Positions 55,818 through 64,000 of a stretch of 64,000 nucleotides of DNA are shown one piece after another (within the stretch, counting starts at the first letter, position 1; every line of letters begins with the position of its first letter). The notes beneath the pieces were generated by a model that did not search any database, had not been told where the DNA came from, and was given only the letters and a program-made list of their open reading frames with translations. The stretch lies in contig OZ024764.1 of NCBI GenBank assembly GCA_964016885.1, forward strand, positions 25,668,001 to 25,732,000. Reading direction: 5' to 3'. Position numbers and translations under genes: made by a program. This DNA is from Eledone cirrhosa (lineage: Eukaryota).

Positions 55818-55831
55818 TAGGTGCCATCAAG

Positions 55832-55876
<45 letters not shown>

Positions 55877-55890
55877 TAGGTGCCATCAAG

Positions 55891-55938
<48 letters not shown>

Positions 55939-55952
55939 TAGGTGCCATCAGG

Positions 55953-56000
<48 letters not shown>

Positions 56001-56014
56001 TAGGTGCCATCAAG

Positions 56015-56062
<48 letters not shown>

Positions 56063-56076
56063 TAGGTGCCATCAAG

Positions 56077-56109
<33 letters not shown>

Positions 56110-56143
56110 CTAGTAGTAGTAGTGGTGGTGGTGCCATCAAGGC

Positions 56144-56178
<35 letters not shown>

Positions 56179-56208
56179 CAGTAGTAGTGGTGTAGGTGCC
56201 ATCAAGGT
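55149..56208. repeat. Minisatellite: ~18 copies of gtgtaggtgccatcaagg separated by variable (TAG)n
   Basis: Seen directly. Confidence 0.95.
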
Positions 56209-56466
56209 GCTTTTGATGACCCTAACATCTTCAACTTCGCATTTTCCTCTATATTTATATATATATAATTATATATATTTATATACATCATCATCACATC
56301 ATTACCATTTTACGTCCATTCTTCTACGCTAGCATGGGTTTGACGAGTTGTCCTGTTGTGGGCAATGCCAGGTCAGGTGACCATGTCTTGCTCATACAGA
56401 ACTGGTTTTGGCTTGATTTCTACAGCTGGATGCACTTCCTAACACCAACCTCATTTATAGTGAATA

Positions 56467-56638
56467 CTGGCACAAGGCCAGCAATTACCCAGTGCATTAC
56501 TGGTACTTTATTTTATCGACCCCGTAAGGATGAAAGGCAAAGTCAACCTCGGCGGGATTTGAACTCAGATCGTGTAAAGGGACGTAACTATGCTTGAAAG
56601 CATGGCGTCCGACCCTCTACCGATACTGCCAATCCACC
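56467..56638 (-). mobile_element. tRNA-derived SINE (same family as 11716)
   Basis: Near-identical to 11716-11898; partial copy also at 58513-58612. Confidence 0.85.
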
Positions 56639-56987
56639 GGTAGCGCCTACATAACCACTTTACAATAGGAGGGGGGTGGGGGGGGGCATACTGTCTACAT
56701 GCTTCAGCCTCGGCTTGTACCCATATCGCTTAGCCTTGCATCATAATCGGCTGATAGAGCTGGACCATCAAAATATCTTTAGTGCTTTCATGGAATTAAA
56801 AGTGGACTTTTAACTCTAAAGTAAATTTTCCAGCCCAGCTTTCTGTTGTTGCTTTACTGAGTATATATGCACACACACACACACTTACACACATGCACAC
56901 ACACACACTTACACACATGCACACACACACACACATATATATGAAAATACATTTTGAATTTATATGCAGGTTTTCTCCCCATTCCAG

Positions 56988-57335
56988 ATACCTTCAGCAT
57001 CTCAGCAAATATCTCCCAATCCCAGCTGCTTTGCCTGTCTTCATATCTTTGATTGCCTTACTTAATATAGTGCGACTAACTTGCACTGCTGGTCCCTCTA
57101 TGTATCAACTTGGGGCAAACTATCTTCATGCCATTTATTCTCCTCATTTAGTAGCCTCTCGTAGTGACACTTCCAAGCTACCTTCTTATCAGTATCAGTG
57201 AGGGTAAGTACGCCATCATCATTACAGACACACTTCTCCCCAACAATATCACAATTTTCCTTGACACATTGTCTTGCAATCCTGAACACCTCACGTTTCT
57301 GGTCCTCGCGTTGTAGAACAAGCTTGAACTTTCTA
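56988..57335 (-). mobile_element. RTE LINE fragment
   Basis: VFRIARQCV...GEKCV...WKCHYERLLNEEN...MKTGKAAG. Confidence 0.8.
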
Positions 57336-57521
57336 ATATATATGTTTGTGTGTGTGTTTGATGATATCATAAGAAGCACACAGGGGTCTTCTCTTCTGAC
57401 AGACTTTCAATTAGCAATTCTTTTGAAAAGGGGAATTTCACCTGAAATATATCATGAATGAATCAAATATCTCTCAGTTAATTTTTCAAAAACTTTATTA
57501 TCATCGCATATCTAACATTAA

Positions 57522-57744
57522 CCCTTTAGCATTTAAACCAGCCATATCCGGCCAGAATTCTCTCACCTCTTTCTGTTCAAACAGGCCGTAACTAGCCACT
57601 CATACTGATGTTAAGGTATTGTTTTCAAAGTAAATAATAACATCATCAAAATCTCATAGATTCGATGTGAAGAATTATGTGAGATAAAGCCTTTCCCATT
57701 AAAATACAATAGTATATATAGAGAGTAATGTGAATGCTAAAGGG
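57522..57744. mobile_element. piggyBac-like MITE
   Basis: TIRs ccctttagcatt / aatgctaaaggg; TTAA on both sides. Confidence 0.88.
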
Positions 57745-57848
57745 TTAAATGTTTTATCTGTATAGTGAAACACTGGTCCCCTCATGTTAGCCCCCCCCCC
57801 CTCATATTTTCAATTTCTTTTTCCTTCTCAGTTTCCGGAATGTTTTAT

Positions 57849-58025
57849 TTAATCTGAAGTTTTCTCTTCATCAAGAATTTTCATGATCTCGACTGTGTCC
57901 CAGTACAGGACAGGTTCGTTCCAACGTTTCGGAGTGCATTTGTCGTCGTTATCACGCGTGAGTCCTGCAAGCATCCAACTTCCATTGGCCTTACTTGGGC
58001 ATATTAGCATGCCACCATTTTCATT
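57849..58025 (-). CDS. Terminal exon of a trypsin-fold (peptidase S1) protease homologue
   Basis: Acceptor ttgcag then NENGGMLICP..GSWMLAGL..C..PVLY to TAA; resembles GDSGGPLVC..W.LAGI..C..P.VY; AATAAA overlaps the stop. Confidence 0.7.
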   Translation of the reverse strand, partial: NENGGMLICPSKANGSWMLAGLTRDNDDKCTPKRWNEPVLYWDTVEIMKILDEEKTSD

Positions 58026-58358
58026 CTGCAAGATATGTAATATATGAGTGAGTGTATTACAGATAGGTATGTAGGTAGGTAGGTAGGTAGGTAGGTAGGT
58101 AGGTAGGTAAGTGGGTGGGTATGTAGGCAAGGCAGGCAGGCAGGTAGGTAGGTACACTACACTACACTACCACACAATATGTGAAGGACTCCCCCTGCCC
58201 ATCGCAGCTGTTGGTTGAGCATTGGGTCCAGTGTGATGCCCCCACCCTACCCCGCCCCACCCCACCCCCACTTCTCAACATTGATGTGTGGGGTCAGTAG
58301 CCCAGATGATGAGCATGACAATGAAGATGATGATGGTGAATCCAAAGTGTAAACCTAC

Positions 58359-58477
58359 CACGCCAGAACAAGTTTGGACGAAATTATATGCACAGAGCGT
58401 ATTATTTGGCTGGTCTGTCATACAGTCTCCGCTTATCAACCGAGTTTCTCCTATTTCAACATTTATTGAGCCGGAGT
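58359..58477 (-). CDS. Penultimate exon of the same protease homologue
   Basis: Acceptor ttttccttgattttag, 119 bp (phase 1 to 0), DC...TLCAY..TCSGV, donor GTAGGT; splices in frame to the next exon. Confidence 0.7.
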
Positions 58478-59121
58478 CTAAAATCAAGGAAAAGGTTTTA
58501 ATAATAATAATTGTTTATACTTTTGGCACAAGGCCAGCAATTATCCAGTACATTACTGGTACTTTATTTTATCGACGCTGAAAGGATGAAAGGCAAAGGT
58601 AAACTCGGAGGGATAATGATGATTTCTGATTTAGGCTCAAGGTCAACAATTGGGGCTAAAGTAAAGTCAGTTAACCCTTTAGCATTTACATTACTCTATA
58701 TATACTATTGTATTTTCACAGTAAAGGCTTTACCTCACATAATATCTCACATAACATCTCGTATACGAGAGACGTGTGTTGACGTGTGTGAACAAGCTCG
58801 GCTACCGAGTCGGATTTACTTACTCAAAAAGTGAGTTTTGATTAATTTTTTTATACTGTAATATACGTTAACCCCTTGCCTTGGTCGTCAAACTTTGAGT
58901 TTATTTATTTTCGCCCCTTTTTGGGGCGAATTTTCCAGTTAAAAATTTATTACGGCAAACTAATAGAAATGGACGGAATTTTCACATCTCATCCTAACGT
59001 GAAAGCCACGCCCCCTAAGAAAGGTGATACAGAGAAGCTAGAAGCACAAGGCTCTAAGTCTTCCCTCCTGACTTCTGCAAAAGAAACATGGAACACGGAA
59101 TTAAAATAAAAATTTGTAAAA

Positions 59122-60714
59122 ATGGGTGAAAACCCAGAAAGTCACATAAACGCAGACAAAAACAACAACGACAATAACAGCAATAGTCACAACACCAACC
59201 AAGGAAAAAATAACGATAACACCAAACAAAGCGAACCCACTACTGGTGCCTCCTTTGCACAGGCGGTCCGGAAAACACAAACCTGCAAGCAACTGGACAT
59301 TACAACTCTGAGAGAAAAGATGAAGGAAGCGAAACAGTATGTAACTTTCAAAGAAGGAGGAGACTTCACAATCACCTCCCCACAAGAAATCAAAAGAGAC
59401 ACGACGCTAAGAACGATATCTTTCAGAACAATTTCCAACATAACAAGGAAACCAACTCAATTATCCCAAAAAGAGATTGAGCTGGTCCTAAAAAATGTGT
59501 GGAGTGATATATCGTTCATACAAAAAGGGCCACTCTATGGGAATATAACGGTCCTAATGAAGGATCAATTGACGGCCAGGAAATACTCTGTGGCACCAAT
59601 TGTTTCCAAGCTACATACATTTTTCCCCACATATTTAGGGAAAAGAACGCAGAAGATAAGGGTCTCCGGAATCCGGCCAAATGCATGCATTTCCTGGGTA
59701 CTAACAGGATTTTTAGAAGACGAGGACGGAATCCTCTCAGTAGGAGAAGTCACCACAGACGTTTTCGGCGGTTTGAGCGTGGAGGTTCTGGTCCAAATGA
59801 GACCAGAACGAATAGCTAGAATACCACAGAGGGTGTCCCTCGATGGAGAAACATTTATATATATTTCAGCCGAGGGTAGGAGGCCCATATGTTACTACTG
59901 TTCAAGCAGGGGTCATCTAAGGGCTGCTTGTCCTCAATTGACAAAAAAAAAGGCTCTTTTGCCTACACCCCACACACCACCACCGCCACCACCACCACCA
60001 CCACCACCACCTCCACCACCACCACCACAACAACAACAAAAACAACAGGGAAAAATAACACAAGACACGGCCCCACCCAAAACAACTCCCAAAACACACA
60101 CAAATACAACAAAACCCCAAAATACACCACTACCCGACAGCACGGACGAGGACCCAGCGGAAACGGCACCTAGTGACGAAGAGGGGGAACCCTTCCAACC
60201 TGTAAAAAGGAAAAAAAGAAAGCACCACTCGAACATAAACGAAACAAACACACAACCACCAACAAAAACAAAACAAACAGAACAAACAAAATCCGCCCCA
60301 CCCCAAAACATAACACATACAACAAAACGTAAGCACACACAAGAACAACAAACAAACACAACACAAATAAAACAGTATACATACATTAACACAAATAACA
60401 AAGAACTAGTAAAAACAATACACAAAGACCCTTTGGTGGAAACTGAAGGGCAATTCTTTGCAAGCGCGGCCAACAAACCGCATTTAAAAATGATAAGACT
60501 CCCAATGGACACCTATGCAAAACTAAGAGAGAACTTTCCTGAGGACGTGGGGAAAACATGTACACGACCCTATAACCGCGTCCTCTTGAAACGTTTCCCC
60601 ACCCACACCTCACCAAACACCCCCACTCCACCACAGAACAACACCCCACCAAACAACCCCTCCAATACGCCCATGGATATTGTGCAACCTGCTCCTCAGG
60701 AGCCGAACAGGTAG
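59122..60714 (+). CDS. Tx1-type ORF1 (gag-like, CCHC zinc knuckle)
   Basis: 530 aa open frame; SFAQAV, CYYCSSRGHLRAAC, Pro/Thr-rich tail. Confidence 0.85.
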   Translation: MGENPESHINADKNNNDNNSNSHNTNQGKNNDNTKQSEPTTGASFAQAVRKTQTCKQLDITTLREKMKEAKQYVTFKEGGDFTITSPQEIKRDTTLRTISFRTISNITRKPTQLSQKEIELVLKNVWSDISFIQKGPLYGNITVLMKDQLTARKYSVAPIVSKLHTFFPTYLGKRTQKIRVSGIRPNACISWVLTGFLEDEDGILSVGEVTTDVFGGLSVEVLVQMRPERIARIPQRVSLDGETFIYISAEGRRPICYYCSSRGHLRAACPQLTKKKALLPTPHTPPPPPPPPPPPPPPPPPQQQQKQQGKITQDTAPPKTTPKTHTNTTKPQNTPLPDSTDEDPAETAPSDEEGEPFQPVKRKKRKHHSNINETNTQPPTKTKQTEQTKSAPPQNITHTTKRKHTQEQQTNTTQIKQYTYINTNNKELVKTIHKDPLVETEGQFFASAANKPHLKMIRLPMDTYAKLRENFPEDVGKTCTRPYNRVLLKRFPTHTSPNTPTPPQNNTPPNNPSNTPMDIVQPAPQEPNR

Positions 60715-60735
60715 GTCCTTCCTCTTTTAACCAAC

Positions 60736-63700
60736 ATGGCTGATATAAGAGTTGGGTGTCTGAATGTACGTGGCCTGGGACTGTCTTGGAAACAAGGCAA
60801 ACTTTTAAACGATCTCAGGTCGCATAGAATGGATGTAATGGCTATTTGCGAGTCCAGGATCAGCAGCGAGCACCAACTGGCGCCCCTCTTCGACGACTTT
60901 GAGATCTTCGCATCTCTCTGTCAACCGGGGGGTGGGGGTGGAGTTGTCGTTCTGCTGTGAAAACACCTGGGCCTCGCCATACAGAAGGTGCACCTGGACC
61001 CGGAGGGTCGACTGGTGGTTTTAGACGTCGGCAGTAGTGAAAGTGGAGCCCTTAGACTAATAGCTGTGTACGCCCCTTTTTGGGCAGCGCGGCCGGAATA
61101 CTTCCAACGTCTGGAAACTTTTCTGGGAACGTCCCGCTCCTTGCTTTTAGTGGGGGACTAGAATGGTATCCTGGATGCACGTTGGGACTATGTAGGGGCA
61201 TGTGCCAATAGAGGGGGGTGTAAAAGCCTCAAAAGGTTAATCGGCCGATTTGACCTGGCCGATAGATATCGACTAGATTTTCCGACTGTACCACTATGGA
61301 CGTGGACCAATCGCAGTGGAACATCTAGGTCGTACCTAGATAGGGTCCTAGTTAGAGAGAACGATAGGGACACATTTAGCTGTCCAAAAATGTTCATGGT
61401 TGACTATTCGGATCACAAGTTAGTGACCTGCATAGCCAACCTTGATAGAACCCATAGACAGGGACCCGGTTACTGGAAGCTGAACTTGTCCTTACCGAGA
61501 AGCAAAGCTTACAGTAAACGGATTAGCACGTTAGTTAAGCAGAGTTTGACAGGGGCAATTGTCAACAACAGGTGGTGGAGCTCTCTTAAGAGAGCAATTA
61601 GAATAGAATCGATAGGTTTTAGTCAGGAATTAGCAAGGGATAGGAACAAGACGGAAAGGGAATTAGTAGATAGAGTAGAAGAGGCGATTAGGAGTGGCAA
61701 TGTAGCCGGCGTGCTGGCATCAAGAATGGCCTTAGACCAGTTCTTTGAGGTGAAGCATGAAGGCTGCGTTGTCAGGAGTAAAATACGTGCTCTGGGTAAT
61801 GAGGGAGCCAAAGCTGTGAGCTGGGCCCGCGTGACAGAGGCAAAAAGTGGGAACAAGTCCACGATCCGGTCTTTGAAGGACCAGGATGGGCGTGTGATCC
61901 TTGAACCTGGGCAGATGTGTGCGGCCTTTCAGCGTCACTTTGCACGACTGTTCGAGAGGGGCGGCGCGCCGGGTGAGACTATGGATTTCAATCCATACCT
62001 CGACGGTCTGCCGCGCCTCTCGGACGCGGAGGCGAAGTCCTGCGAAAGGACGATTTCAGCTGCTGAGATAGGGGCGGCGCTGAGCCAATGCGGCAAACGC
62101 AAATCCCCGGGTCTCGATGGTCTACCATACGAGCTATATGTAGCGATGCCGGACTTGTTCTCCGATATCCTCGAAGCGGTCTACTGCAACTGGCAGCAGA
62201 ACGGGAGAATTCCCAGTTCTGTGACCAAGGGCGTAGTTACGCTGGTGAGGAAGGATGAGAACAAGGGGGATGACATAAGTAACTTCAGGCCCATAACTCT
62301 GCTAAATACAGAGTTAAAGATTTTGGCCAAGGTGTTAGCGAAGAGGTTGGCGCTTGTCGTTGGAAACCTGGTGGGAGAAGCGCAGACATGCGCAATCCCG
62401 TCCAGGTCCATTCACGACAATCTCCACCTTATGCGATACATCATAGAGAGGGTAGGGAATGAACCCGGCTTTGGTGGGGCCCTGATCAACTTGGATCAAT
62501 CTAAAGCTTTCGATAGGGTTGACCATCGTTACCTGGATGCGGTGCTCGCGGCGGCAGGCTTCGGACCCGTTTTCAGGGGTTGGATTGCTGCGATGCACAG
62601 CAGCAACGTCTGCTCAAGGGTCAAGGTGAACGGCCACCTCTCGGAGCCGTTCCAAATCATGCGATCCATCCGACAGGGATGCCCTCTCTCCTCCCTACTG
62701 TATGTGCTGGCTCTTGAGCCACTACTGCGGAAGTTGGAGCGGTTGCAGGGCATCCCTTTGGAACCGGGATTGCAGAAAGCGGCGTCGGCCTACGCCGATG
62801 ACGTGACAGTAATGGTGTCGAAAACCTCGCAAATCGGTGAGATCGGCACCTTACTGGAGGAATATGAAAGGTTTACAGGAGCCAAGCTGAACCGGGACAA
62901 GTCCGTCGGTTTGCAACTCGGAACATGGAGAGGCAAACCGATGCCCTCCAACGACGTCGTCGGACGCTGGACGGAGGGCCCGGTGAAGCTGCTTGGGGTC
63001 TGGTTCGGACCAGACCTCCAGGTGGAGAAAAACTGGAACGAGGTAACGGCCAGGGTGTTTGCACTCACCCAGAAGTGGGCCCAGTGCAAACTATCCCTGA
63101 AAGGTCGAGCGGAGGTGGCGAATACTTATATAGCATCCGTCATCTACTACCGCTTGACCGTCGTGCCTTGCCCAGTGAAAAGACTCGCCAAAATGGAGTG
63201 CGCGCTGTTCCAATTTCTTTGGAACAAGCGGACCCCTTTGGTGAGGAGATCCATCTGCTGTCAACACCCTTCGAAAGGAGGGCTGGGGATGCCGTGGCTA
63301 CAGATGCGTAAACACGCATTAAGGCTACGGCACCTCCAGGTATTCCTCACCGGTCAACCGGTGTGGGCCCCGTTTGTGAGGCGAGCCTTTCCCAGACTCG
63401 TCTCGCTCACCGAGCTGCAATCGTGGGTCAAGCAAAGACCGAGAAAAGTGGGCGACTGGCACATTGAATGTGCCCAGGCGCTCACGGCCCTCTGGAAAGC
63501 GGACCCGGCAATCAGTGGAGACTCCACCTCGACATTCTATAGAGGGTTGGTACGCAGCAGGTGCGACGATGCTCTCGGAGAAGCTCTAGGCATGGAGGAA
63601 GATGAACTGGCCAGTCTGTTCGGTAGGACGTTTGGCCCTGGACCGATGGACAACTTCCAAAAGTCCCTGGCTTGGCAGTGCTACCGAGGGGCTCTACCCG

Positions 63701-64000
63701 TTCGAGACAAGCTCCACGGGCATGGGAGCCTGGGTAGAGATCCTTTGAATAAGATCTGTCCGAGATGCGTGCATGATGACGAAACCGTTGCGCACGCATT
63801 CGTACACTGCCCAGGCATTGCTGACCTGTGGGGCTATGTGGAACGACTACTGTCGAGGGTGGGACCAATCCGGTTGACCACCGAGTCCATTGTCACGATC
63901 AAACCGCCTCCCCCTTTCAAAAACGAAGGAGAGGCGGTTTTTCTCTGTGTGGTAGCCATGGCTAAAGAAGTTGTATGGTGGACGAGGCTGAAAGGGCTGA
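60736..64000 (+). pseudogene. Tx1-type ORF2 (APE endonuclease, RT, CCHC) with two early in-frame stops
   Basis: LNVRGL, SYLDR, SDH, KSPGLDG, NFRPITLLN, LDQSKAFD, RQGCPLSP, YADD, CPRC..ETVAHAFVHC; stops at ~60958 (TGA) and ~61159 (TAG). Confidence 0.92.

Larger units (their letters stand above)
58757..64000 (+). mobile_element. L1/Tx1-clade LINE, 5'-complete, runs off the right edge
   Basis: 5' UTR, ORF1 with zinc knuckle, ORF2 with APE and RT; begins directly after a half piggyBac-like MITE (58673-58756). Confidence 0.93.

Noticed and set aside
55149-56208. CRISPR-like pattern of a constant 18-bp repeat with variable spacers
   Set aside because: Spacers are all (TAG)n of varying length, there are no cas genes and the context is eukaryotic: a slippage minisatellite
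59889-60652. Antisense and alternate-frame ORFs over ORF1
   Set aside because: Shadows of the low-complexity A/C-rich ORF1 tail

Overview
AT-rich, repeat-saturated animal genomic DNA. The microsatellite style and SINE types suggest a cephalopod/octopus-like genome (inference). Most ORFs in the supplied track are microsatellite artefacts. Real coding remnants belong to transposons: Penelope-like elements (PLEs) with a CxCx5Cx5C linker (Naiad-like), a deleted Gypsy LTR element, two R4/Dong elements ending in (TAA)n, several RTE LINEs, Helitrons (one RepHel remnant plus non-autonomous derivatives), an L1/Tx1 element, tRNA-derived SINEs and MITEs. The only host-gene evidence is two spliced 3' exons (58477-58359 and 58025-57849, minus strand) of a trypsin-fold protein whose GDSGG motif reads NENGG. 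The standout is a near-perfect array of 14.4 x 310 bp (32827-37285). Every unit carries a complete minimal type I hammerhead ribozyme inside a highly self-complementary, ORF-less monomer, the expected genomic footprint of a non-LTR retrozyme (viroid-like circular RNA). Other intact PLE-type hammerheads and Naiad-like PLEs lie nearby. All calls were made by eye; no database searches or folding programs were run.
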